From NCBI GenBank assembly GCA_044892525.1, contig CM097886.1, positions 65,100,001 to 65,164,000 on the forward strand: a stretch of 64,000 bases of DNA, read 5' to 3'. Below are positions 10,565 to 24,616 of the stretch, one piece after another. The DNA comes from Schmidtea polychroa (taxonomy: Eukaryota). Within the stretch, counting starts at the first letter, position 1. Each line of letters begins with the position of its first letter. A program made the position numbers and the translations under genes. A model generated the notes under the pieces. It was not told the DNA's origin. It saw only the letters and a program-made list of their open reading frames with translations, and searched no databases.

Positions 10565-10788
10565 CAGTGGTTTTCAATGGATGCTCCACGGAGCTCGAGG
10601 GCTCCTCGGCAAGTTCCAAAGAGGTCCTTAAAATTTTACAAATTTCTGAAATTTATGATCTAACAACTCAAAATAAAGGTATGTAGTGTAAATATCTGTT
10701 ATTTTAAACTCATTTTTAATACTGAGACTCCGCATTTGCGAAGAATATAAAACAGTGCTCCGTTGCTAAAAATGATCGAAAACCCCTG
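10565..10788. mobile_element. hAT (Charlie-like) MITE
   Basis: Termini CAGTGGTTTTC / GAAAACCCCTG; TSD not recognisable. Confidence 0.55.
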
Positions 10789-11709
10789 TATTACTAGAGT
10801 CTAGTAACTAGACCATACAAATATATGTAATATTACATTTTTTGATTTGATGCATGGTTTGAGAAATAAAGAGGAAAGTATATCATAGTTTTTCACAATT
10901 TTTTATAATATTTCATAAATATCCTTGCCATTTCATCAAAAATAAATCACAGGTAAGGAGTAAGTAATCTTTACTAAAACCATTTTCATGTAAGATAAAC
11001 AACAATAAATTGAAAATAGTAACCACGCCAATGGAATTCAGTTTCTCTAAGTCCATAAATACATTAATGTTTTCTGAACTTTTTTGTATTGCAATAAAAC
11101 TTAGTACACCACTAAAGGTATAGTTGGAAGATGTCCCGGTTCGGTGTAGTAAAAATCTGGTCAAATATCCAAAAACGTTTTTTGAACCATAAATCTAATC
11201 TTTTGGTAAAGAATTTATAGTAATGAATTATTTTGGAATATTTAGCTTCCTGTATCGTGCAACCTTCTATTTTCTAATTTAAATTCAAATAACAGCAATC
11301 TTTTAAAAATGACAAGTTCTAATAAAAATTTTATTTTATTTAAAAATAAATTCACTAAATTTTTATATATTATTTTCAACTATATAAATGTGTCAATTTA
11401 AAGTAAGATATAATAGGAAAAGATTAATCAAAACTTTAAAGTTAAATACCCGATAATATATTGTTATTCTAACAGCAGTTTTATGACTTTGACTCGTAAA
11501 TATATTCATATTCACAATCTTCTTGTAGCCACTAAAAATTCACGTCTTTTCAAGTCAACATATAAATGCTAATATTATATATTAATAAATTCCTTATTAT
11601 AAAAATTAATGAAACTTTTTCATTGACAGTATATCTTAAAATTTAAATAATATAAAATATTTTAAAAATATTCTACTGGCAAGAAACTGTGATTAATCAT
11701 GTTTATATA

Positions 11710-12600
11710 TTATATATAGAGAGAAAAAGAGCAATACGGAACTGTTCGGACAAAACGAAAACACAAGAAACCCTAGAAAACTTAAAAACAAGGTTTTTTC
11801 AAAATGGATACTCAAAAGAGTTCGTAGAAAAAACCTTGAGTGAATATAACCCTAATAGGCATAATACAAAAAATGAACATGTCAATAAGTGAGTAATATA
11901 CCTACGTTTCCCTTTTTTAAACAATAGGACATGTAACACAATCAGAGCTTACATTCGCAATATGGTGCTGCCAGTTCATATTCGCCCAATTTTTAAAACT
12001 GCTGCACCCTTGAAATCACAGCTTCGTAAGTCTCAAAAAACTCTAACATCAGACCTATTTCATTGAGATTGTACATGCCAATCCTCCACCAAATGTTTCT
12101 GCTTCTCTAAGAACATCGTTTACCAAATTACTTGCACAAGATGTAACGCATCGTACATAAGCGAAACACTTAGAACGTTCCAAACAAGACTCAACGAATA
12201 CTTCAAGAGCAAAACCAGCAATTATCACGAACATTGGAAAAAAGTGCACAAATCAGCACCACTCCTACACGAAACAAAATGCAAAATGTTACAAGATGCG
12301 TTCAAAAACTCATTGCAAAGATTAGCTGCTGAGACTCTTTATATCAAAAAACTTAAACCGTCCATCAACATTCAACTAAATTAATACTTAAATTAATATT
12401 TAATGAGATTTAAAATTTAAAATTAAAAAAAATATTTAAAATATAAAAAAAGGAAATATTTTTTGGGTAATTAAAATAAAATATAAATAGAATATAATTA
12501 AACCAATAAATTTATTATCCCCCAACAATAATTATTTAATGTAATAATGATCAAATTCACTTGGAAAAAGGCAGTGCCGAAAATTCGTGAGTATCAAAAA
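11710..12600 (+). mobile_element. 5'-truncated Penelope-like element (RT C-terminus plus GIY-YIG, two in-frame TGA stops)
   Basis: Frame 11689-12384: RAIRNCS...FFQNGYSKEF, IVYQITCTRCNASYISET.RTFQTRLNE, ETLYIKKLKPSIN. A degenerate hammerhead motif follows at 12556-12591. Confidence 0.85.
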
Positions 12601-12677
12601 ACATCGATATATTACTGATTTATAGTTTTCAAACTCTTTTTAGTTCAATGGATAAAATAATCAGTGGTGAAGTTGGA

Positions 12678-12814
12678 NNNNNNNNNNNNNNNNNNNNNNN
12701 NNNNNNNNNNNNNNNNNNNNNNNNNNNNNNNNNNNNNNNNNNNNNNNNNNNNNNNNNNNNNNNNNNNNNNNNNNNNNNNNNNNNNNNNNNNNNNNNNNNN
12801 NNNNNNNNNNNNNN
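12678..12814. other. Assembly gap (N run)
   Basis: Ns. Confidence 1.
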
Positions 12815-13471
12815 GGTAGATACGTTCCACAAAAACAACGCGCAAACCGAAACCGCGCACTGTGAACCCGATTTTATATGTAATTATAGGGTTAGGTTCC
12901 AGATATTACAAAAATATTAAAAAATATAATAAAAAGTCTTTATTCAACGGCTAATATACATATTTACATTTATATAAACATAAAAACTAATAAAAACAGT
13001 CTCAATTCATTGCTTTTACATAATTAATATTACTATTATAAAAATTAATAAAAATTGATGTAATAATTTTTTATTACGGTTATATCTAATGCACACGAAT
13101 AAGATTTTTTTGAATTTAATACTAATATATTTTTAATTAAATAAACACTTGTATAAATATCTATTAATTAAAACTATGTAATTTTACATCCTAATCCTAA
13201 CCACATCACTAGAAAAATGAAACTGCCTTTATTATTTTTATATAAAAAATACAGTGCATCGAAATACGATGAATCACTATTTTCACTACCATATGTATTC
13301 GTAGTTTTACGGGATTCACCATAAAAAATTAAATTGACATGATTTTTCTTGTTAAAATAGACAAAAACAAAAAAAACCGCGCAGCTACGAAATTTTTAGC
13401 GCGCAGATCGAAATTTTGGTATTAAAGGTTTGGCCGCGCAATGAAAAACCGCGCAGTTGGAGGGTTTACTG
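12815..13471. mobile_element. Partial pogo/Tigger-like non-autonomous element (right end only; left end probably in the gap)
   Basis: Ends GCGCAGTTGGAGGGTTTACTG|TA; repeated subterminal AAACCGCGCA motifs. Confidence 0.5.
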
Positions 13472-15775
13472 TATATATAAAAATTGTATGATTCCTTTAA
13501 TTTTAATAATTACAACATAAATTAGATTTCAATTTAGTGAGAGTAAGTGAAATTTCCAATTAAAAAATTTCAGCACAGCTTAGAATATTTTTATATTATT
13601 TAAATATATTCATTATTAATTATATGAAGTATAGATACATTTCATGTTTTTTAATATCTGGAAATAATCTTTGAACATGAGTTACTACTGAGAAATAAAT
13701 TCTGAAAACAGCACGTGTAATACCTTTACATTATTGTATACTATGATTAATTAATTTAATAACACTTTTCTAATTAATTAATATTTTTAAACAGTAAATA
13801 AATAAAAATAAATAGTGAAAGTTATTTCATATTAATTGAATATTAACACGTTAATTTCAAATTATTGTTTAATTTAATATCCTGAAATTTATGATAAATT
13901 ATAAAAAGTAATAAATTTTTTGTTATTAAATGTTAAAAAAAGAGAATTTTTTGCATTTTTGCATTGCGACTTTGAATACGCTTAATAACAATGAAGATAT
14001 TCTTAGACCATTCAAATGAAAGCTTTCATAAGACATAAAGAATCAAAAGTGGAAATAAAACAGAAATAATTGATTCAACAGAAAATGTAAATGCTCATCA
14101 ATCTAATTTACAAAGTTTAAAGTTGTTTATTAAAATTATTGAAGTATATATTTTCGACATTGTAAATTTTAAGAGGACTAATGAACAAAAGTTAGGAATG
14201 AAATATGATTGAAACTAAAACAGCCAACAACAGAAATTAATTTAACTTGATTGTTTGTTCTTTTTGATTTTTTTCCTACCAACCCATTTCATTATCTATG
14301 TTCTCAATAAGTGACTTATTATGATTAGAATGGATAAACATCAAAGATAGAAAAGATTTTGTGATTATTCTTTCCTAAGCTGTACACAGTCAATAAATCA
14401 GTATTCTCCAGTAATATAGTCAAAGCATAGGTGTACAAGCCGCGGCTCGCAAAGTTATGAATGTTATAAATCCTATTTGTGACCATTTTGTTTATTAATC
14501 CACAGTACATATCATTCAAGCTTTGAATGTTCGACTGCAATTTAAAAAACCAACTCGTGTCAGAGCTATAAAATCATATAACATCATTTATGAGGAAATT
14601 TAGATTCATTTAATGACAATTTCAATAAAAAGTTTAATATACTCTTTAACGTGTCAATTAATGTTTAAAAATTATCTTATAAATAGCTATAATCACGCTA
14701 ATACAATTCATGATTTGTAAAAATCGCTCATTTGAAATTGAAAGAAAACGCTGAAAATCTTTTCAGATTGGATTACTATTCAATCGTAGGAAGCCGCGCT
14801 CAAATTAAACTTGAATTAATTAATTTTTAAAGTTAGCATGTTCTTTGAATTGACTGCAAGGAAGAAAATTTGTAAAATTTTTATAGACACGGTTTGGCAA
14901 CTTTTATTTTTGTCGAATAAGGTCTGCGGTCTGCAGCTTGTAAGGTTGGTTTCGAAAAACATGCCTTTTTATTCATGAATCATAACTAATAAAAGAGAGA
15001 AAATGAAGGAGAATCAACATACAGAAAAGATTGGATTTAATCATCTGCAAATATCGAATCTAACATTAACAAAATTATTTCTGAAATGTAATGTCAACTA
15101 TTTCGTTAAATGAGATTTCATTATTTGTCATTTTAAAGTATAAAGCTTATTTCATATATATTGGATTATTTATTTTTAAACTATTCTAATGGTTTAATGT
15201 TATAAGAACTTAAATGTACGGCCGCGAAAGAAATTTGTGACTACTTTTTAAAATGATTATTTAGTCATTACAAAGAAGATAATTTAGAGATATAGTGACG
15301 ATTAAAAATTTATATTAAAATATTTTTCGCTCGTTGAAACATGGAAACATTGGAAACAGCTTTCTAAGTATGCTTCGTAAAATAGAGAAAATGAAGGAGA
15401 ATCAAGATGAAGTATTCTACTGACTGAAGTATAAAATAAAAAATTCCTAATAAGCGTTTTCTAAACATTTTTAAATATGGTCATTGTGTCAACCCGATTT
15501 ATCCCAGTGTGACCAAATGGTCACTAAAAAAAACGTAGTGATTTTATTAAAACAAAAAAATTTGAAGTGCCCACTGTGATCAAATGGTAACATACTCTAT
15601 AGGTCAAATCCCTAAGGTTATCTTTTAAATGATTAGCAACTATCACTTCCAGAAACTCCTTAAATAAAATAAATTATAAAATTCTATGCATTTCAACAAA
15701 AATATATCTGGAATAAACGCCTTTAAAAACTCACTTATTATCATTTCTGAACACATTGCCATTAACAGAAAAGCA

Positions 15776-17021
15776 CAGTGGCGGACAAATATTTAGCAGC
15801 ACTGCGTATTTTTGATGAAAATAAATAATTTATGACAATACTCTTAGTAGATATTTATCAAATATTTTGTGATCTAATTATAGAATTTGGAAAGACCAAT
15901 TGTAGCTATATTTAAGCCTGATTTCTCTTGGTTGTCCTTATTATTTATATTTTACTTTCACAAACTTAAAGATCTCAAATATTGATCTTGCAAAAAAAAT
16001 ATTCTGAGACAAATAGCATTGAGATTAGGAGTACACTCATCAACAGTTCATCATGCAGTTTCCAAATTTAATTATCTCAGAGCTATTCATCAAAACATCA
16101 ATGTTACTACCGAATGTGATGATGCTATTATTCACAAGTGTGTCATCAAGAATTCATTGATATCAGCTCGTTATATTCTTGGTGAATTACTATCTTAATA
16201 CTCGTACTATTCAAAGAAGACTTATTCATAAATTCAAGCTCGCTGCCTATCATCCACCAACAAAATCATGTCTCTCTAAAAAGAACATTGCAAATCGACT
16301 GGCGTTCTGTCATCGCTACAAAGACTGGACATATGTTGACTAGTATAAAGTCATGTTTGCTGGTGAGGCCAGTGTATATCAGTTCCATTGCAATTATATA
16401 TATGTTCGTCTATCCTCTTATCAACGTTCTCATTCCACATTTACTATCAATACTGTCAAACATTCACCGCCAGTGATGATTCTGTCTGCCATTAGCAGTC
16501 ATGGAACAGGCGGAATTCGGTTGATGTCTGCAGGCACAATATTTAACTGCACTGTTTTGTTGATACGCTGTCACATCATCTCCTGTCATACATGGTAGAT
16601 CATAATTGTACCCATTTGCTTCATGACAGAGCTCCATACCAGTCAGCAAAGGTTGTGCAAAAGCGGTTCATAGAACACAATATTCCTATAGTGGATGGCT
16701 GACTTGGATCATCACCAGATCTAAACCCAATTAAAAACTGCTGGACAAAATTGAAGAAAAAAGTTTCAGCTAATAAGCCATCACCTGTACCTGATTTAAA
16801 ACAGAAGATACAGGAGGACTGGTCAACAGAAATCACTCCTGTTTATTGCTACATTGGATTATATGCCAGTAAAGATTGCTTCTGTCATCAATACTAAAGG
16901 ATTACAAACTAAGTATTGATAACTGCCTTAATGTGTCTATTAACTTTTAAAATGATTGTTAACTGTTATTTAATAAATTCATATATTGGAATAGGTGCTG
17001 CTAAACGTTTATCCGCCACTG
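15776..17021 (+). mobile_element. Decayed Tc1-family transposon with 27-bp TIRs
   Basis: TIRs CAGTGGCGGACAAATATTTAGCAGCAC / GTGCTGCTAAACGTTTATCCGCCACTG|TA. Remnant motifs LAFCHRYKDW, TVKH..VM, SSPDLNPI.NCW..LK. Confidence 0.85.
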
Positions 17022-17644
17022 TAGAAAATGACGATTATTTGAATCAATTATTAATTAAATTTTCAAAATATTCCAGAGCACTTTTATTTTTAAGACATCA
17101 AAAGATTGGAGAAAAGTCAAAGATTTACGACTACTGATGTTTTAATGTTTTATACTTTACAGTTCACTATGCAAAATAACTTTTCAAAATTCAAAAGCCA
17201 TGGATGCATTATAAACCGCTCCGATGTGTCAATCAACATTTGTCAATCATTTTCCAACTAAAAATGCGTACGAAAATTGATCAGCCAATGCTGACAAAAT
17301 CTTTTCTATTAATGATGCCGCGAAATAATTAATAAAAGATTTTTGAAATAAACATAAACAGAAAACTTCCAAATAAGGGATTATATTAATAAAAATTAAA
17401 GAGCTAAATAAATCCTGATCCTCTTCCTTATACCACAAAATAAAAATTAAAAATCTTTTAAATTAACCCCTGGAAATCCTCTATCACGGAGAAGTATTAA
17501 TTTCTAAAATAAATGAAATTTATTTGTACTTAATTACTAGTCAAAATATAATAATTTAAAAATATTATAAATGTACATAAATTCTTTAATTAAGGTAAAA
17601 ATATCTTTAAATGTTAATATTTTATCTAAGAAAAAGTTTTCAAC

Positions 17645-17784
17645 CTGAAAAAGTATGAGCAACCTCGAACACTATTGTGGCAAAAATGCTCTGATGTTTT
17701 CTCATTGCCAAAATCTTCAAGAGGATCTGACCAAAGGAGATCACACATCGGACCATATGCTGGTGGTTCTTTGAATCTATCCAA
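17645..17784 (-). CDS. PPP3CA: Calcineurin A coding exon 6 (140 nt)
   Basis: [46 protein letters not shown]; AG/GT boundaries. Confidence 0.97.
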
Positions 17785-18990
17785 CTAAAATATTATACAT
17801 GGCAATTAAATTAATAATTAAGTAAAGAATTAATTAAAACATACGAATTCATTATAAAAATATGTAAAAATAAACGTTATTAATTTATAAATCAGAATTC
17901 ATTTTAACTTATGTTACTGTTCATAATTACGCTTTCTATAAAGTTTGAATTTTTTTTGTGTATTCGTCATATTCATTTTAACCCCAGAATTTCATAACTA
18001 GAATGTTATTTTTCAAAAAATTTCAAATTTGTTTTAACCCTTTCAACGTGGTAATAAATTTATAATATTATCAACGGGCGACTATAGTCACTTTACGCGT
18101 CCAAATAACACATAGTAACTTCGAAGTTTATCATTGTTAGATGTATTTGTATAAAAAACCGATCTATGGATAATAAAACTTTGATTTTGTGAAAGATTTT
18201 TAAATTTTTCCTTCCATAGTTTCTAAAAAGTATGACAAAGGTGCATAAATTGAAAAGCTAGGACCTTTGTTTACCAAACTACGGACGGTTGGAAAATTAT
18301 TTTTCTGGTCACCAATAAGAATAATGAACAATGAATTCATCAAAAGTATGCTAGGTTGAATTTTAGAACAATACATATTACCATAATTGAGGGTAAAACT
18401 TAATGAAATAGTCATTACATAATGCTAGAACCCTTTTGCAAGTCAAAACATACGAATACGTAAGATATTGATAGATATTTATTCTAAAATTGAATTTTTT
18501 GGATAAGAATTTGAGACAATATCTGCGATAGTTGAAACAAGCTGATTTTAATCATTTTGTCTTTTCCCTAAATTATGATGAAAAAAATCAAATTAGTATT
18601 TGTTTGGAAACCTATTCTATTTATATTCTGCCCACAAAGCAAAAAGCCAAAAGTTAAAATAAATTTTAATAACAAGATAATTTAGACTAAACTTTCCAGT
18701 GTAAAAAAGACAGTGTAAGTGTGATTAAAAAAATATAATTATAAAATTCAATTTTTGCGTATTGCATTTAAAAATGCGAGGAAAATAATATAAATTTTTT
18801 CATAAATCATATTAATTAAAAGGATATCATTGTGTGTGGATTTGAGGAACATGTTTAAAGAAAGTACACGAAGATATCAATGTCAAGGACTATTCATAAT
18901 AAATAAATTCGAAGTTTCTTCATATTTATAAATTTAAAGGTAAATATAATTAAAAAACGGTTTTTTAAAATTTCAAATATTTATTTCTTA

Positions 18991-19030
<40 letters not shown>

Positions 19031-21366
19031 AAATAATAAAAAAATCAAAAATATTTTCATTTTTTTATATTTTGTTAATATTAAATGTTTATAAAATAAT
19101 GAGAATATATGACAAAATTTAATTAATATATAAAATATATATATAATTTTGTAATATTATAACAAAAATTTATTTCATGATTTCATCACATGCTTTATTT
19201 GAATATTTCGATTCAAATAACTCTAGGCATCATTAAAATTAGAAACACATAAATAAAGAAAATGTCAATATTTTTTAGAAAACAAAATCTCAAAATTAGC
19301 AAAAATTAAATGACATTTGTTGATGTAGAGTCAAATATAAAAGTAGTATTTTCAAATAGTATGATACTGTGAAATATGAAAAAGCCAATAAAACAAAAAC
19401 ATAATTTATAAAAATTTAAAATCTCAAAAAACAATGAAAAATTTAAAAAAATAGTCAAACATTTAAGTAATTAATATTAGTTTTCAGATTAAAATATTTT
19501 TTTCGAAAATCAAAATATATTTGTAATATAAAGATTTCCCAAATTTGTCGTAAAAAATCAAGCTTAGAAATAAATTTAATATAACAAAAATTTAATTAAT
19601 ATTGAAATTTTAATTTAGAATTCAAGAATCAAATTTTTATTGTGGTTTGTATTTGTTAGGAATGAAAGCCAAATAAAATAAAACCAATTTCAAAGAAAAA
19701 AAAGACGAGGAAATTTAAAGATTATAATACTGAATAATCGAATAATAATAAAAAAAATCAAAAATATTTTCATTTTTTTATATTTTGTTAATTTTAAATG
19801 TTTATAAAAATAACGACAATATATGACAAAATTTAATTATTTTCAAATTAATTAAACAAAACAATAAAAATTTCCTAACATATATTTTCAACTGGATTTA
19901 ATTTAAAAATTTTAATAGATTTTGTAAAAATATACCCATTAAACTTTTATAATCAGTTAAAAAAATTGTTTAAATTTGTTTAAATTGTCATTTTCTATAT
20001 AGAGAAATAGTTTTAAACTTTGATCAAGAGTGCTAAGTTGAGTAGTAAAAATTCATTTTCACCCATTTTAAAGTAAATGTTTATTGAAATATATGTGACA
20101 CCCATGACATGAATATTCATAACCAAGATCCGAACACAATCTAAGTAAGACTTGAAATCCACTAACAAACACTAAGTTAAAAAAACAGGAATTAGAAACT
20201 ACCTTACAACATTAAATAAAATTGTGAATTTTAGAAGTTAAAAAGTTTGAATTGTGAAAACAGAATTTTATGATTTTATTTAATTATATTTAAAAAATCA
20301 AACATAAAAAACATGGTTTTTGAAACTATCTATATTTCACTCTCTTAATTTATATTATATTTCATATAATATATTGAAAAATGTCAACTCGAAATCGCTG
20401 TAAAGAAATTGTTCATACTATTGTGCACTTTTAAGGTTCAAACTTATATAATATATTTTAGATATAATTACGCTATCTCTTTAATCCAAAGTTAATGAGA
20501 ATTTGTATTGAAATAATGAAATAACACTAGATTTGACATATTAATATTTTTTAAATTAACCCACTTTCCGTGATCGGATTGATCTGAAATTTTGATAGGA
20601 TGCAGTGTTCACTACAACGAATCTACTTGCCAAATTTCAATTAAATCCGATCACAGAAATTAGGTTAATTTGGCTTAAAAACTTTCATGGCACATACATA
20701 CAAAAATCAACGAAGTTAATATAGAGTAAAAAAATTAATGAACTAGTTTGTTTAAAAAGTGCAATTTTGATTGATTTAGTTTGAATTTCAACTCTACTTG
20801 CCATTATTTAGTGACTGTTATAACTATAAAAATAATCCTTTTAAATTTCCTGGAATTTAGCTGTCAATTTTGATCTTCTCTTATTTCCTTTTATTTCTTC
20901 TCATTGGTGTAAAATAAAAGATTAAAAAATTTGATCTATTTATTTATATTATTTTAAAAAATATTCTCAAACTCAATAACAACTGAGTAGACTTGTGATT
21001 TCATTGATCTCTTCCTTTGTGTTGATTGTTGGCCATCTGTTTACGATGAGAATTGCTTCTATAAATCTGACATTTTTCTTTTGGACGTTTCCATTGGCTA
21101 AAATTTAAATTAAAATATTGTTTTCTCCTTCCTTGATTGACATTGTTGGGCACTGATTTTCCTCACCGAATCGTTACATTGCCAAACATAATTTACATAA
21201 TAACTTTTAAGTGTCAACAAGAAAGGTTTATTGCTTACGAAACATATTTAAAAGTACAAGAATTTGCCAATCAAAAAGGATGATTGTTTGCTCAAAAAAT
21301 TTAATAAAAATGTTAAAGATTTTAATTAATTGAAAAATAATTTTTTATAATAATAATCTCACTAAC

Positions 21367-21512
21367 TTTCCTTATATCATCCAGAGTATGAATATCTGGT
21401 GAAAGACCACCATGAACACAAAGAAACTGTTGATTCATCAAGGCAGCTAATGGTAGACAATCAAATGCCTCCATACAAGCATCATAAATACGCTCAGTGT
21501 ATTTTATTTTAC
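21367..21512 (-). CDS. PPP3CA: Calcineurin A coding exon 5 (146 nt)
   Basis: [48 protein letters not shown]; CTCAG acceptor, GTTAGT donor. Confidence 0.97.
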
Positions 21513-21554
21513 CTGAGAATGAAAATTTTAAATTACATTTAAAAAAAAAATTAC

Positions 21555-21666
21555 ATTCTTGTTTGAAAGTGAAATATTCAGTTAAATGCCGACATTCATG
21601 ATTTCCCCGAAGAAGATAAAGTGTGGTTGGATAAAGGAGTTTCAATGCCCATAAATATAATACAAC
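21555..21666 (-). CDS. PPP3CA: Calcineurin A coding exon 4 (112 nt)
   Basis: [37 protein letters not shown] containing the PPP motif RGNHE; followed by a 42-nt intron. Confidence 0.97.
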
Positions 21667-22559
21667 CTAAAATAAATTTCTTAAATAATAAATTGAAATA
21701 CATGTGATTTATTTATAAATTTCATTTAAAATAGTAAACTATTTATTAAAATTATTCAGATTTCTATTTCAAACGTTATTAAAATAAATATCGGGAAAAA
21801 TTCCCAACAAATATTTTATCAGAGATACTAGTTATCAGTCGGGTTGAAATCTTATACGATAAACTGAAACTATTCATAATAATTTTAGTTTAATAGTTAA
21901 AGATAAATATTTAAATAAGTCGCAAATGGTTATAAGTTCAATGTATTTGTCCAAAATCATATTAAATAAACAAAAAATAATTAAAATTGACATGAAAGAA
22001 AATTTTAGGTTTAGGGTATATAATACATCTCACATTATTGACAACTTGTATTTTCAGTGAAATAAAAGAAAAACAGTTTTTATAAGCGGTCCAATTATCA
22101 AATATGTACACTGCTTGCAAAACTTTAGATAAATTATGAAAAATTATAATAACAGCCGAAAACGTTAAGATACAATTTTTTTTATCATTCTAACAGTTAT
22201 AAATATCATATAAAGATTATAACAAAAACAATTTGAAAAGCTTTTTATATATTTAATAAATTTAAGGCGTTTGTTCAAACGCCAAAACTTCAGAGAATTG
22301 TTTTAAAATGTAAGTTTCTCAAATTCTTTTGATATATAAATTACGAATATTTATTAAAAAAGAATATCTTTATTATAAAAACAATAATATATAAACATTC
22401 AGTTATTATTGATAAAATAGATTACATGCTCTTTCCTTGCAACCGAATGCTGTGGACTCAAGCCTTCTGGGCCAAAACCCTATAGTATAAGTATAGTATA
22501 GTATAATATAGAATTCAGTCAGATTATTAGATTATAGTAATCCAACATTTTATGAGTAT

Positions 22560-22900
22560 AAAAACATTCCACGTTTCAACATCTATCGTTAACTGAAGCC
22601 TTTGTTCACAATAATATTCACATTGTTACTGAATATTTCTACTAAACTATCCTTCTGCTTACTTTGAATCATTGTTGTCGTACATCCAGTATCAAGAAGA
22701 AATCTCTTCATCATGTCATTAATGTACAGGAGATTTATTTTAATATGTCCTTAGGCGTTCTGACATACCCCGCTTTTTTAAACTCCAATTCTTTTACCCG
22801 ATTAATAAAACTTTGAAATATGCCTCTTCTTGCACATAAAACATGTTATTTGTTTTCAGAGAGGAACATTTCTTGCAAATTGAGATGATTCTTTTCAAAT
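22560..22900 (-). mobile_element. Ty3/Gypsy-like gag zinc-knuckle plus aspartic protease relic
   Basis: CFMCKKRHISKFY (damaged CCHC knuckle, 22805-22843) followed by RFLLDTGCTTTMI (DTG at 22685-22693). Confidence 0.55.
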
Positions 22901-24529
22901 AAAACAACCATTACTTTGACTCGAACCATTTCAATAGATAAATAAACGGTATATTGATTCAAAACGACCGAGTCATAAAATTCAATTTTTTGATATTATC
23001 AATTCTCGGGAAATCTCGATTGGCAAACTTGTAATAAAAATACATTTCCCAATATCCTTTAATCAATGGGAAAAATAATATCGCCATACTCAAATTTAAC
23101 ATTGGTTAACACATCCATATTCTAATTTCAAATGCTACTTCAAGGTTTGAAAATTTTCAACCTCCTTTTGTAACCTTGAGTAAATTTGAAATATTGGACC
23201 TTTGAGTAATAGTGGTAAAACCTTGTCTTATGATTTTACACCCTGTCATTTACATATAGTTTACATTTTTGTGAATCACTCGTTAACATTCAGATTTATT
23301 TTTTTGAATTTTGGAATTATTTCCAATTATTTATAATTTTCGGAGAGCTTGTCATGAATAATATTGAAATTAAAGAAATCCATTTATTTCAGAAGATTAA
23401 AATTAATTTATTATATTAAATTTTTTTATTTATATTAATAAAAAGTTTGACATTCTAAATTCCATAAAGAAGAAAAACTGAAAATAATATTTTTTAAAAT
23501 AAATATTATAATTTTAAATACTTTTACTTTAAAAATTATCATTCATTTAAATGAATTCAGTAAGACGAATTTTCCAGTTTTTATTATTTCTCAAAATTGT
23601 TATCTTTACCAACTGACGAAGCATAAAGAAATTTTTTAAAAAAATTAAAAATTGTAATTATCCTAATTATGTTTAGGGTATAGAATAACGAAAGATATAT
23701 TTTCATTCCAAATAGTATTGCACATATCAACTACGATTCTATTTCCCCATCACGAGTTTTGATATTCTTAAAGTACAGTTAATTTTCTATTTAAATGATA
23801 TTTTCCTATTAAGCAGACTATAAACGTTTGAATGTATCTGTAAAACAAGAACAGATAAAACCGTATATAAATAAAAAAATATTTTTAAAAAATTACAGTT
23901 AGAATTATCAACATTTCAAAAATATTGTAAATTAATTGGAACAACCCTGGAACTATTAAAAATAAAAATACAATTTTATGATAGAATTTTATTAATTGTG
24001 AACATTAATAATGGAAATTTTCACATTTTCCTCATAATTATAGCCTAATAAATAGTTTTCTTTGTAAAACTAATTTATCATTTATGGTATTTATTAAATT
24101 ATAATTCTTATCTTGCACTTTTATCAGATTCAGGTTCTATTAAAGTATACTTGTTCATATTTATTTATTTTCAATTCCTTAAATTATAAAAATCAGAATT
24201 TATAAAATAACTTATTGAAATTATTTTTAATAATAAATTGGTGTAATACTTTAATTATTATAGTTTATATAGGGTTACCATTACATTAATTGCATTGATA
24301 GTTATTATCGCCTGTGACGAAAGTAGAAATAACACCTGTTTTCAATGTAATTGTGAAAGTTGAGTAAAAACTCAACATTGTAGTAGATAAGTAAAAATAT
24401 ACGAATTTATCATATTATCCTATATTTTCATTAATACATTATTAGTGTCAAAAGAGGCAAAGAAAAATGGGTAGTAAATCTGAGATTTTATATAAAATAG
24501 GCCATTTGTATTCGGCATTGGCATCCGGG

Positions 24530-24531
<2 letters not shown>

Positions 24532-24613
<82 letters not shown>
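24532..24613. repeat. (TA)n microsatellite
   Basis: Long TA run. Confidence 0.95.

Positions 24614-24616
<3 letters not shown>

Noticed and set aside
10200-11230. ORF 10913-11164 and nearby coding-like sequence
   Set aside because: May be a transposase relic, but no diagnostic motif could be identified.
12629-12920. ORFs spanning N gaps (also 31729-31959 and 50817-51107)
   Set aside because: Artefacts of translating Ns.
22560-22600. DVETWN read as a hAT DVxTRWNST motif
   Set aside because: The adjacent knuckle and DTG protease motifs fit a Gypsy gag-pro relic better.
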